Shown here one piece after another: positions 1-8,569 of a stretch of DNA of 19,223 bases. Positions within the stretch are counted from its first letter, which is position 1. Every line of letters begins with the position of its first letter. The position numbers were made by a program, and so were the translations under genes. Origin of the DNA: Campylobacterota bacterium (GTDB lineage Bacteria > Campylobacterota > Campylobacteria > Campylobacterales > Sulfurimonadaceae); assembly GCA_034717975.1 (NCBI GenBank), contig JAYEMF010000044.1, forward strand, positions 17,650-36,872, given 5' to 3'. Below the pieces are notes generated by a model. That model did not search any database, was not told where the DNA came from, and saw only the letters and a program-made list of their open reading frames with translations.

Positions 1-2091
1 ACCCTGACCGGCGATCACCCTGAAGCAAAGCGTGAAGCGATCAGGGAGTACTTTCATAAAACTTACGATCTCTATGAACGTCTTTTTGATCTCTTGGCAA
101 CGGATGAGGTTTTTTACGAAAAGTCAGAGCCGACACGTCACCCGATGATCTTCTATTTCGGTCATACAGCGACCTTTTACATCAATAAACTTATTCTGGC
201 AAAAGTGATCACGCAGCGGGTCAATCCGGAGTATGAATCTCTCTTCGCCATTGGTGTGGATGAGATGAATTGGGATGATCTCAATGAGGCAAACTATGGA
301 TGGCCGGATGTCGATAAAGTGCGCTACTATCGCAAGCATGTACGTAAGGTGCTCGATGAGCTGATCACAACCCTTCCGTTGAGTCTGCCGATAACCGAGA
401 GTGACCCGTTCTGGATTATTCTGATGGGGATCGAACATGAGCGGATCCATATTGAGACATCGAGTGTTCTGCACCGCCAGATGCCGATCAGGAAGGTCAG
501 GGATGATGGCTTTTTCCAGATCTGCAATGAGAGCGTTGAAGCACCTGAAAATGTGCTGGTCGAGATTAAGGGCGGCCATGTAAAACTTGGAAAGCCACGG
601 GATCATCATCTTTACGGCTGGGATAACGAGTATGGCCATGAAGCGGAAGATATCGGGAGCTTTAAAGCCTCCAAATACCTGGTCAGCAACGGTGAGTTTA
701 TGGAGTTCGTCGATGATGGCGGCTACGACAATGATGTTTATTGGGATGAAGAGGGTAAAAAGTTTTTAGAGCTCCGAAACAGCAGACATCCTCTCTTTTG
801 GGTACCGCATAAACATAACGGCTACCGCTATCGTGCATTGACGAAAGAGATCGATATGCCGCTGGATTGGCCGGTGGATGTAAACTGTCTCGAAGCGCGG
901 GCATTTTGCCGCTGGAAGAGTGATAAAGAGGGAAAAAACTACCGCTTGCCGACTGAAGCGGAGTGGATGCATCTGTATGAGCGTACCGGCATCAAAGACG
1001 TACCCGATTTTGATGACACCAAGGCAAATATTAACCTGCGTTATTTCGCTTCGTCATGCCCGGTAGACAAGTTTGTCTTCGGTGACCTTTGCGATGTGGT
1101 CGGCAATGTCTGGCAGTGGACAGAGACAGCGATCGATGCCTTTGAGGGCTTTCAGCCTCATCCGGCCTATGATGACTTCTCGACGCCGACATTTGATGGC
1201 AAACACAACCTGCTCAAAGGCGGATCGTGGATCAGCAGCGGTAACGAGATCATGAAACATTCACGCTATGCCTTCCGTCGGCACTTCTATCAGCATGCAG
1301 GTTTCAGATATGTTGAGGCCGCACCGTTAAAAAAAGAGGAAGAGAATATCTACGAGAGCGATACGCTGGTATCGCAGTACTGCGAATTTCAGTACGGCGC
1401 GGAACATTTTGGAGTAAAAAACTTTTCGGTGGCGACGGCTGAGCTCGCTATTGCCTATGCCAAAGAGCAGGGTGTCGGACATACCCATGCGCTTGATCTC
1501 GGCTGTGCAACAGGCCGGACATCGTTTGAACTGGCCAAGTTTTTCAATAAGGTCACCGGTATCGACTTCTCTGCCCGCTTCATCCAGGTGGGTGTCGAAC
1601 TGCAGAAAAAAGGGCGTATCGGTTATCGGCGTACCGAAGAGGGGGATTTAAGCTCCTCTCAGGAACATTCACTGGCTGAGTTTGGTCTGGAGTATGTGAA
1701 AGAGAGTGTGGCATTCTGGCAGGGTGATGCCTGTAACCTCAAAGCCCACTTCAGAGGGTATGACCTTCTCCTCGCAACCAACCTGATCGATCGACTATAT
1801 GATCCGAGACTCTTTTTGGAGACAGTGCATGAGAGGATCAATGAAGGCGGGATGTTGATTTTGACCTCGCCCTACACCTGGCAGGAGGAGTCGACGGCCA
1901 AAGCATTATGGCTGGGCGGCTATAAAGACTCAGAGGGCAGTGCGGTAAAAACGCTGGAAGGTCTGAAGCAGATACTGGATGCACGCTTTGAGCTAGTAGG
2001 TACAAAAGACATCCCCTTTGTGATTAGAGAGACGTCTCGCAAGTTCCAGCATACCATTGCCGAGATGAGTGTCTGGAAGAAAAAAGGATGA
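1..2091 (+). CDS. ovoA: 5-histidylcysteine sulfoxide synthase OvoA (DinB-like + FGE-sulfatase + C-terminal SAM methyltransferase); 5'-partial
   Basis: Frame is open from base 1 (TLTGDHPEAKREAIREYFHKTYDLYE...), so the true start is outside the window. Motifs: RHPMIFYFGHTA, iron-binding HxxxHxE (EHERIHIET), YGWDNEYG, RLPTEAEW, GNVWQW, RYAFRRHFYQHAGFRY, YESDxLVSQYCEFQYG and SAM motif ALDLGCATGR. Confidence 0.95.
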   Translation, partial: TLTGDHPEAKREAIREYFHKTYDLYERLFDLLATDEVFYEKSEPTRHPMIFYFGHTATFYINKLILAKVITQRVNPEYESLFAIGVDEMNWDDLNEANYGWPDVDKVRYYRKHVRKVLDELITTLPLSLPITESDPFWIILMGIEHERIHIETSSVLHRQMPIRKVRDDGFFQICNESVEAPENVLVEIKGGHVKLGKPRDHHLYGWDNEYGHEAEDIGSFKASKYLVSNGEFMEFVDDGGYDNDVYWDEEGKKFLELRNSRHPLFWVPHKHNGYRYRALTKEIDMPLDWPVDVNCLEARAFCRWKSDKEGKNYRLPTEAEWMHLYERTGIKDVPDFDDTKANINLRYFASSCPVDKFVFGDLCDVVGNVWQWTETAIDAFEGFQPHPAYDDFSTPTFDGKHNLLKGGSWISSGNEIMKHSRYAFRRHFYQHAGFRYVEAAPLKKEEENIYESDTLVSQYCEFQYGAEHFGVKNFSVATAELAIAYAKEQGVGHTHALDLGCATGRTSFELAKFFNKVTGIDFSARFIQVGVELQKKGRIGYRRTEEGDLSSSQEHSLAEFGLEYVKESVAFWQGDACNLKAHFRGYDLLLATNLIDRLYDPRLFLETVHERINEGGMLILTSPYTWQEESTAKALWLGGYKDSEGSAVKTLEGLKQILDARFELVGTKDIPFVIRETSRKFQHTIAEMSVWKKKG

Positions 2092-2104
2092 GGTGTCAAA
2101 GCTG

Positions 2105-3280
2105 ATGCGTGAGCAGTTTGAAAGGGTGATTCCAAGAGAAGAGGGAAATGCCGAAAAGTACATCCTTCGACGACAGCTTTTCGGCACGGATAATGTATTG
2201 CCGATGTGGGTAGCCGATATGGATATTGCCACCCCTTCGTTTGTGACCGATGCCGTCTCGCAACGTGCTGCAGAGCATATTTACGGCTATGAAGAGATGC
2301 CCGAGTCGGCGTATGAAGCACAGGTCTCCTGGATGAAACGGCGTCATGGCTTTGAGATGAAACGTGAATGGATGCTCTATTCGCCGTCGGTTGTGGCAAC
2401 CATCAATGTAGCGATTCAGGCATTTACAAAACCGGGTGATAAGGTGATCTGTCAGCCGCCGGTCTATGCCCCTTTTTTTAAAAGTATTGCCAACAACAGC
2501 CGTTCACTGCTTGCCAATCCGCTTCGACGAGATGAAGCGGGAGATTACCATTTTGATTTTGATGATCTTCGTAAAAAAATTGATAAAGATACGAAACTTC
2601 TGCTGCTCTGCTCACCGCACAATCCGGTAGGACGTGTCTGGCAGCGTGAAGAGCTTGAAGAGCTGGCAGCCATCTGTCTGGAGCATGGGATTAAAGTTTT
2701 GAGCGACGAGATCCACTCCGACCTGGTGTTCAAGCCTAACCGTCACATCCCGTTCGCTTCACTGAGTGATGAGGTGCGAGCTATTACGGCAACAGCGATT
2801 GGACCGGGTAAGACCTTTAATGTGGCCGGTCTGGCTATCTCAACCGTAGTGATCGCTGATGAAGAGATGCGCGAGTCCTTTAAAAAAGTGCATCGGAGTA
2901 TCCATTTTGCCGAAGGAACGGTCTTTGGCCATGTGGGTTTTGAAGCGGCCTACCGTGAGGGTGACTTATGGGTGGATGGCTTAGTTGATCATTTGGAAAA
3001 AAACCTCAAAAAGCTTGAACTGTTAGTTCAGAAATATTCCGACAAAATTTCGATGCGATCACCTGAGGGAACCTACCTGGCCTGGATTGACTGCAGCCAG
3101 ATGGGGCTGAACGATAGAGCGTTACGCCGGTTTTTTGTGGATGAAGCAAAGCTTGGGTTAAATCCTGGAATTGTTTTTGGAAAAGAGGGAAAAGGGTTTA
3201 TGCGGCTTAATTTTGCCGTCCCCTCTGTGTTAATGGAGCAGGCAATAGAACAGCTTGATCATGCCCTCTCTAATATTTAG
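2105..3280 (+). CDS. patB: PatB/MalY-family PLP-dependent C-S (beta) lyase
   Basis: Motifs PMWVADMD, LLCSPHNPVGRVW, SDEIHSDL, GPGKTFNVAGL (PLP lysine), EGTYLAWID and RLNFA. Start set at ATG 2105 behind GAGGTG (2090-2095); GTG 2093 is an alternative. Confidence 0.9.
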   Translation: MREQFERVIPREEGNAEKYILRRQLFGTDNVLPMWVADMDIATPSFVTDAVSQRAAEHIYGYEEMPESAYEAQVSWMKRRHGFEMKREWMLYSPSVVATINVAIQAFTKPGDKVICQPPVYAPFFKSIANNSRSLLANPLRRDEAGDYHFDFDDLRKKIDKDTKLLLLCSPHNPVGRVWQREELEELAAICLEHGIKVLSDEIHSDLVFKPNRHIPFASLSDEVRAITATAIGPGKTFNVAGLAISTVVIADEEMRESFKKVHRSIHFAEGTVFGHVGFEAAYREGDLWVDGLVDHLEKNLKKLELLVQKYSDKISMRSPEGTYLAWIDCSQMGLNDRALRRFFVDEAKLGLNPGIVFGKEGKGFMRLNFAVPSVLMEQAIEQLDHALSNI

Positions 3281-3386
3281 GCGAACGGATGGTCTGTAAA
3301 ATTTTTCGGGCCAGCGGTTTCATCCCTGAGCTGACAAGTTTGCCTTCATGAATTGTTACTTTGAGCTTTTTTTCTAAAGCTTCCAT
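3270..3386 (-). CDS. Putative 38-aa basic small protein (MEALEKKLKVTIHEGKLVSSGMKPLARKILQTIRSPKY)
   Basis: Hand-translated; absent from the ORF track. AGGAG RBS (3397-3393) lies 6 nt before ATG 3386, TATAAT lies at 3419-3414, and the TAG stop overlaps the patB 3' end. Confidence 0.6.
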   Translation of the reverse strand: MEALEKKLKVTIHEGKLVSSGMKPLARKILQTIRSPKY

Positions 3387-3408
3387 CCTCTTCTCCTCGA
3401 TAATTCTT

Positions 3409-3452
3409 AAAATATTATATCGGATATTTTCGAACTTTATGAATAATATGAT
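3409..3452. promoter_or_regulatory. Divergent promoter region between the small ORF and the hypothetical-cobB operon
   Basis: Minus-strand TATAAT at 3419-3414, plus-strand TATGAT at 3447-3452, and inverted repeat AAAATAT-N8-ATATTTT at 3409-3430. Confidence 0.45.
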
Positions 3453-3463
3453 AACCTTTGTCT

Positions 3464-3703
3464 ATGGGACAGATAAACTGGGATCAATTCAAAGAGTATA
3501 AACAGTCACGTGAAAATCCGGAGAAGCTGGATAATTTTCAGATGCTTCTGGAGTTTATTCGCAGTTTTTATAACAAACAGAGTACTTTCGAGATCTTCGA
3601 TACTCTTGTCGAAGATGAGTTGTCACGCATGATGATGGAAAAACGTAATATATCCGAACCGGAACATCTGGAAGAGTATCTCTTTAAGGTGCTGAGATCA
3701 TGA
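3464..3703 (+). CDS. Hypothetical small helical protein (79 aa)
   Basis: ATG 3464 (TTG 3458 alternative). Composition is protein-like and the stop overlaps the cobB start (ATGA, 3700-3703). Confidence 0.75.
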   Translation: MGQINWDQFKEYKQSRENPEKLDNFQMLLEFIRSFYNKQSTFEIFDTLVEDELSRMMMEKRNISEPEHLEEYLFKVLRS

Positions 3704-4419
3704 AGCGAGTGATGATCATCAGCGGGGCAGGGTTGAGTGCTGAGAGCGGGATCAGTACCTTCCGTGATCATGACGGTTTGTGGGAAAAGTATGATGTGAT
3801 GCAGGTCTGCTCGACGCAGGGGTGGCATGATGATCGAAATCTTGTGACACAGTTTTATAATGCCCGCCGTCAGGATCTGGCTGATAAAGAGCCAAATGCA
3901 GCACATTTTGCACTGGCTGACCTTGAGGTCAGCTATCCGGGACAGATTATCCATCTGACACAGAATGTCGACAACCTGATGGAGAAAGCCGGTGCGAAAG
4001 AGACGATCCATCTGCATGGTACACTGACCGATCTGCGATGTGAAGCGTGCGGTCATATCTGGGATATAGGGTATACGGCCCAAAATGAGCATGATGCCTG
4101 TCCACGATGCGAAAGTGATGCGGTTCGGCATAATGTCGTGATGTTCGGCGAAGCGGCGCCGGAGTATCGCCGTATCTACGAAGCTATTGCATTGTGCGAT
4201 CTTTTTATCGCTATTGGGACCAGCGGTCAGGTGATCGATATCGTCCCCATCGCCAACGAGTTTCAGCACTCGATTCTGGTCAATCCGAAACGCGAAGAGC
4301 ATGTCACTGCTTTCGGCTCATTCGACAAGCACATTGATGAGTACTTTGAACACTTTATCCAAAAAGGGGCTTCTGGTTCGGTGGATGAGATGCTCGCATT
4401 GATTCAGGCGCATCTTTAA
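3700..4419 (+). CDS. cobB: NAD-dependent protein deacylase, Sir2 family class III (CobB)
   Basis: GAGLSAESGISTFR, TQNVDNL, HG catalytic His, CxxC...CxxC zinc site, GTSG, and the YxxR (FYNARR) motif associated with desuccinylase activity. Confidence 0.92.
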   Translation: MKRVMIISGAGLSAESGISTFRDHDGLWEKYDVMQVCSTQGWHDDRNLVTQFYNARRQDLADKEPNAAHFALADLEVSYPGQIIHLTQNVDNLMEKAGAKETIHLHGTLTDLRCEACGHIWDIGYTAQNEHDACPRCESDAVRHNVVMFGEAAPEYRRIYEAIALCDLFIAIGTSGQVIDIVPIANEFQHSILVNPKREEHVTAFGSFDKHIDEYFEHFIQKGASGSVDEMLALIQAHL

Positions 4420-4420
4420 A

Positions 4421-5335
4421 ATGAAGGCTGCTGTGATGGCTGAGAAAAAAAGCGTCTCTCTGGTTTTAGGCAGCGGCGGTGCGAGAGGGTATGCGCACAT
4501 CGGTGTGATCGAGGTGCTGCAAGAGCAGGGCTTCGAGATCAAAGCTATTTCCGGTTCATCCATGGGCGCGTTGATCGGAGCGCTCTACGCATGCGGCAAA
4601 CTTGAGGTCTATAAAGAGTGGATTTTGACACTTGACATGCTTGATGTGGCCAAATTGCTTGACCTTTCATGGGGAAATGCCGGAATAATACAGGGTGAGA
4701 AAGTATTTCAGGTTATTGAAGAGATGATCGGTGAAGTTGCCATTGAAGAGCTCCCGGTCTCCTACTCCGCCGTTGCCACCGATATCACCAATCAAAAAGA
4801 GGTATGGTTCCAGAAAGGGCGTCTGGTTGATGCTGTACGTGCTTCTATCGCTATTCCAACGATCTTTACCCCCGTAAAAATTGGAACGCGCTATCTGGTG
4901 GATGGCGGTGTCGTCAATCCGATCCCGATCGCGCCGACTATTTCGGATATGACCGACTTGACGGTTGCTGTGAACCTTGATGCGAATGTTCTAAAAAGAT
5001 ATAAGGCCGATATCCCCGAACCAGAACAGAAAAAGCAGCAGGGGATACAGTCGAAGTTTTATGATCTATGGGAACAGGCACAAGAGCTGCTGACACCGGA
5101 GCAGAGCGAAAAGAGTCATGCGCTCAATATGTTTGACGTCATGGGTAAGACGATAGATACCATGCAAAACACGTTGGCACAATACAAAATGGCAGGATAT
5201 ACGCCGGATGTCATTATTGAAATCCCGAAAGATGCATGCGGGTTCTATGAGTTTAATAAAGCCTATGAGATGATTGAACTCGGAAGGCTGATCGCCAAAG
5301 AGACCCTTGACTCTTTTAAAGATCAGGTAAGTTAA
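4421..5335 (+). CDS. Patatin-like phospholipase (RssA/NTE family)
   Basis: LGSGGARG oxyanion loop, GSSMG nucleophile motif, ASIAIP and DGG. ATG 4436 is an alternative start. Confidence 0.92.
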   Translation: MKAAVMAEKKSVSLVLGSGGARGYAHIGVIEVLQEQGFEIKAISGSSMGALIGALYACGKLEVYKEWILTLDMLDVAKLLDLSWGNAGIIQGEKVFQVIEEMIGEVAIEELPVSYSAVATDITNQKEVWFQKGRLVDAVRASIAIPTIFTPVKIGTRYLVDGGVVNPIPIAPTISDMTDLTVAVNLDANVLKRYKADIPEPEQKKQQGIQSKFYDLWEQAQELLTPEQSEKSHALNMFDVMGKTIDTMQNTLAQYKMAGYTPDVIIEIPKDACGFYEFNKAYEMIELGRLIAKETLDSFKDQVS

Positions 5336-5342
5336 GGGGCTG

Positions 5343-5374
5343 TTAATACTTACTTAACACTTCTTATCTACGAT
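5343..5374 (+). promoter_or_regulatory. Direct-repeat operator plus -10 box upstream of the response regulator
   Basis: TTAATAC-ttac-TTAACAC (5343-5360), an 8-nt gap, TACGAT (5369-5374), then RBS AAGGAG at 5381-5386. Confidence 0.65.
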
Positions 5375-5396
5375 ATGGAAAAGGAGCGTAGACACT

Positions 5397-6050
5397 ATGC
5401 ATAAAGTCCTGTTGGTCGAAGACGATCTGAATCTTGGTGCGACACTGAGTGATTACCTGGAAGTGGAAGATTTTGATGTGACCTGGGTCAAAGATGGACA
5501 CAAAGCGCTGGATGTGACCTTTGCAAAAGGTTTTGATCTGCTTCTTCTGGATGTCAACGTGCCTTTTATCAACGGCTTTGAACTGCTTGAGCTTCTCCGG
5601 CAAAGCGGCGACCAGACACCGGCTCTCTTTATTACGGCACTGGTCGATATCGACTCGCTCTCCAAAGGGTTTGATGTGGGTGCGGATGACTACATCAAAA
5701 AACCGTTTGATATGGATGAACTGCTGCTGCGCATCTATGCAGCCATAAAAAAGTCATTTAAAACTCATGGGGCGGAGATACGTTGCGGTACATTGCACTA
5801 TGATGTAGAGCGCGACACTTTTTTTCAAGAAGGGAAGCGTATCTCCCTGCAGCCGTATGAACATAGACTGTTGGTGCTGTTTCTGAGAAACAGCGGCAGA
5901 ATAGTGACGAAAGAGGAGATTCTCTATTTCCTCAGTGAGGGCGGGGAGATGAGCGAGTCTGCACTCCGGGTTCACATCAGCCGGATCAAAAAGCTGGGAA
6001 TTGCGATAGAAAATATCCGGGGAGTAGGGTACCGCTGTGATCTCAAGTGA
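5397..6050 (+). CDS. OmpR/PhoB-family response regulator
   Basis: Receiver motifs LLVEDD, LLLD(P)VNVP, FITA, GADDYIKKPF, and winged-helix end ALRVHISRIKK...IRGVGYR. Confidence 0.95.
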   Translation: MHKVLLVEDDLNLGATLSDYLEVEDFDVTWVKDGHKALDVTFAKGFDLLLLDVNVPFINGFELLELLRQSGDQTPALFITALVDIDSLSKGFDVGADDYIKKPFDMDELLLRIYAAIKKSFKTHGAEIRCGTLHYDVERDTFFQEGKRISLQPYEHRLLVLFLRNSGRIVTKEEILYFLSEGGEMSESALRVHISRIKKLGIAIENIRGVGYRCDLK

Positions 6051-7101
6051 ACAAAAAGCCGTCAATAAATTTTTTTTCATCTACTTCTTCAGTATGGCAC
6101 TGCTGATCTCCTCAGCAGCCGTTTTTTACTATTATCAGCAGAAACATCTCCGGTTACATCATGAACTCTTTTCCATGATTCAGTATGCCAAAACTGTAAA
6201 ACACAGCGGTTTTACGTATGAAGAGGAGGGGCTTGATTATACAAGGATTGAAAAGCCTGATGGCAAACAGCAGGTTGAAAACATCAAACGTGTCGCAGAT
6301 CTGTTCCATCTTACTATCCCCAGTAGACGCTCCAACAGGGCTTTGCTTATCACAAAAGATGCCGGCTCCTATGATAGGATCATACAGCAGCTGTTCTATC
6401 AGATCATTACAACGACCCTGATCCTGCTCACACTCTTTTCTATTATCAGTTATTATCTCTCACTCCTTTCCATCCGGCCGTTAAAAAAGACGATACAGCT
6501 ACTGGACGCCTTTATCAAGGACCTGGTGCATGATCTTAATACCCCGACCACATCGATACTGCTGAATATCAAAATGCTCAAGAACAAAAGCAGTGAACGC
6601 GATCCGCAACGGCTCGATAGGATCGAAGAAGCTACCAACGAGATCGCTTCACTCTATAAAAATCTTGCTATTTTACTTGATGAATCAAAACTGATATGTA
6701 CCACTCAGGATATCTGCCCAATTGTCCGGCAGAGTGTTCACTCCTACCGGGAGCTCTACCCGGACCTGAATATTTCACTGCAGTGTGAGAAGCTTGAAAC
6801 AGCGGTTCATCCGGAAGCCTTTTCCCAGATGATCGGCAATATCATCTCCAATGCCTGCAAATATAACAGGCCCGGCGGATATGTAACGGTTAGGAGAGAT
6901 GGAAAACGTTTGATCATTGAAGATGGCGGTATCGGGATGAAAACACCCGAAAAAGTATTTGAGCGCTACTATACGGAGAGTCTGGATGGCCACGGCATAG
7001 GGATGCATATTGTCAGCCGTCTGGCAAAGGTGATGAATATAGGCATTGTTTTTCACTCTGAAGAGAAGAGGGGAACCCGCTGTATCTTAACACTGCGTTA
7101 A
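6037..7101 (+). CDS. Membrane sensor histidine kinase (2 TM, short periplasmic domain, HisKA, HATPase)
   Basis: H-box DLVHDLNTP, N-box NIISNACKY, G1 EDGGIGM, F-box FERYY, G2 GHGIGM. GTG start overlaps the regulator 3' end. Confidence 0.93.
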   Translation: MISSEQKAVNKFFFIYFFSMALLISSAAVFYYYQQKHLRLHHELFSMIQYAKTVKHSGFTYEEEGLDYTRIEKPDGKQQVENIKRVADLFHLTIPSRRSNRALLITKDAGSYDRIIQQLFYQIITTTLILLTLFSIISYYLSLLSIRPLKKTIQLLDAFIKDLVHDLNTPTTSILLNIKMLKNKSSERDPQRLDRIEEATNEIASLYKNLAILLDESKLICTTQDICPIVRQSVHSYRELYPDLNISLQCEKLETAVHPEAFSQMIGNIISNACKYNRPGGYVTVRRDGKRLIIEDGGIGMKTPEKVFERYYTESLDGHGIGMHIVSRLAKVMNIGIVFHSEEKRGTRCILTLR

Positions 7102-7118
7102 CACTGCTATCTGATAAT
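7087..7118 (+). promoter_or_regulatory. Direct-repeat operator plus -10 box upstream of the EF-hand gene
   Basis: Perfect 10-bp repeat TTAACACTGC at 7087-7096 and 7098-7107 (11-bp period). GATAAT (7113-7118) lies 8 nt after the second heptamer. Confidence 0.7.
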
Positions 7119-7156
7119 ACTCTTATGAAAATTTAAATTGTCCGAAGGAGGATGTT

Positions 7157-7522
7157 ATGAAAAATCCAATAAAAGAGATTGCTGTGAGTGCAATGGTCGC
7201 AATATTAGTAGGTGCCATACCGGTTCTTGTACAGGCCGAGGAGTTGCCGGACAGGGGACCAGTACCCTTTTCTGCCTATGATAAAAACGGCGACAACAGT
7301 ATCAGCGAAGAGGAGTTCTACGGAGTACGTGCCCAACGTATGGAAAAACGTGCCCAAGAGGGCCGTCCGATGCGCAGAGCTGCCAATGCACCTGATTTCA
7401 GCGAGTTTGACAGTAATGGTGACGGAGAGTTGACATCTGCAGAGTTGACAGCAGGGCAGCAGGCTCAGATGCAACAAAGAAGAGGTGGAAAAGGCATGGG
7501 CAAAGGCCAAGGTGTCAAATAA
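7157..7522 (+). CDS. Secreted EF-hand (Ca2+-binding type) protein
   Basis: Signal peptide ending VQA, two canonical loops DKNGDNSISEEE and DSNGDGELTSAE, Gly/Lys-rich tail, and AAGGAGG RBS. Confidence 0.85.
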   Translation: MKNPIKEIAVSAMVAILVGAIPVLVQAEELPDRGPVPFSAYDKNGDNSISEEEFYGVRAQRMEKRAQEGRPMRRAANAPDFSEFDSNGDGELTSAELTAGQQAQMQQRRGGKGMGKGQGVK

Positions 7523-7546
7523 AATATATTGAGGCGGGAGTAAATC

Positions 7547-8386
7547 ATGAGTACTAAAACAGTAGTGAAGAAGACGGTCTCGTTAACGCTCGGCCTCTCT
7601 TTTTTGGTCATGAGTGTAACAGGCCTTATGCTCTTTATCGTGCCAAAAGGAAAGGTTGCCTACTGGGCCGACTGGAAGATGTTCGGGCTTACGAAAGAGC
7701 AGTACGGCGATCTTCATACCACGTCGATGGTGCTTTTTCTGGTTATTACCGTCTGGCATATCTATTACAACTGGTCACCATTGATCGGTTATATTAAAAA
7801 CAGTGCCAAACAGATCACGCTTTTTAAGAGAGAGTTTGTCATCGCCTTTTTGGTCAACTTATCTTTTGTCGCAGGCACACTGTTGGCCCTTCCTCCGTTT
7901 CAGACAGTGGTGGATTTTGGGAGCGATATCAAAGCCTATTGGGAAAAAACCTACGGGTCGCCGCCTTACGGCCATGCGGAAGAGTCCTCCTTGCGGGAGT
8001 TTTCACAGCGTATCGGCCAGAGCGCACAAAAATCAGTGGCACTTTTAAAGGAAAAAGGGATAACGGTAGAGAAGAAGAGCGACTCCCTAAAGCAGATCGC
8101 AAGAGATAACAGCGTCTCTCCGCAGGATATTTACAACGTGATTCGGCCGGCATCCTCCGGCGGTGGCAAAGAGGTGACTTTTTTAGGCAGAAGGACACTT
8201 GGAGAGCTTGCCGGGATGCAAAAAATCGACTTGGAAAAAAGTATAAAATACTTACATGAAAAAGGCTTTGACGCAACAGAAGAGAGCCGCATGCGCGAAG
8301 CGGCAAACACTCTTGGACAAACGCCTTATGAACTCTTTGAGAACTTAAAGGCTTCAGGGTTACCACTTCTCCAAACCGTTGAATAA
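7547..8386 (+). CDS. DUF4405-like membrane protein (two TM His, probable heme b) with a duplicated C-terminal helical domain
   Basis: SVTGLMLF...GDLH...VWHIYYNW pattern, a third TM, PPYGHAE, then two similar helical repeats (SLREFSQR...SPQDIY and TLGELAGM...TPYELF). Confidence 0.75.
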   Translation: MSTKTVVKKTVSLTLGLSFLVMSVTGLMLFIVPKGKVAYWADWKMFGLTKEQYGDLHTTSMVLFLVITVWHIYYNWSPLIGYIKNSAKQITLFKREFVIAFLVNLSFVAGTLLALPPFQTVVDFGSDIKAYWEKTYGSPPYGHAEESSLREFSQRIGQSAQKSVALLKEKGITVEKKSDSLKQIARDNSVSPQDIYNVIRPASSGGGKEVTFLGRRTLGELAGMQKIDLEKSIKYLHEKGFDATEESRMREAANTLGQTPYELFENLKASGLPLLQTVE

Positions 8387-8468
8387 AGAAGCCTTTGAAG
8401 CTTACTACTTCTCAAACTGATTCTTCTGTGTAACTTCTCTTCCGTTTGCAATCGACAAAGAACTCCAT

Positions 8469-8501
8469 TTAACATAAACGTAACACTATGAAATGTATAA
8501 T
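8469..8501 (+). promoter_or_regulatory. Direct-repeat operator plus -10 box upstream of the NosL-like operon
   Basis: TTAACAT-aaac-GTAACAC (8469-8486), a 9-nt gap, then TATAAT (8496-8501). Confidence 0.65.
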
Positions 8502-8569
8502 CCAGAAGACTTCAAATTATAAAAGTCATAAGTCTCAGATATATTTCTGAGTTCAAAAAAGGGACAGGA

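Noticed and set aside
1..2091. Ergothioneine EgtB or a selenometabolite (selenoneine/ovoselenol) locus
   Set aside because: The C-terminal methyltransferase and OvoA-type motifs are present, and no selD/senB/egtD is in view. The region upstream of base 1 cannot be seen.
3700..5335. Anti-phage system (Sir2 plus patatin, as in Thoeris or CBASS)
   Set aside because: The Sir2 is a zinc-binding CobB-type deacylase and the patatin is RssA-like; no cyclase, TIR, STAND or HerA partner is present.
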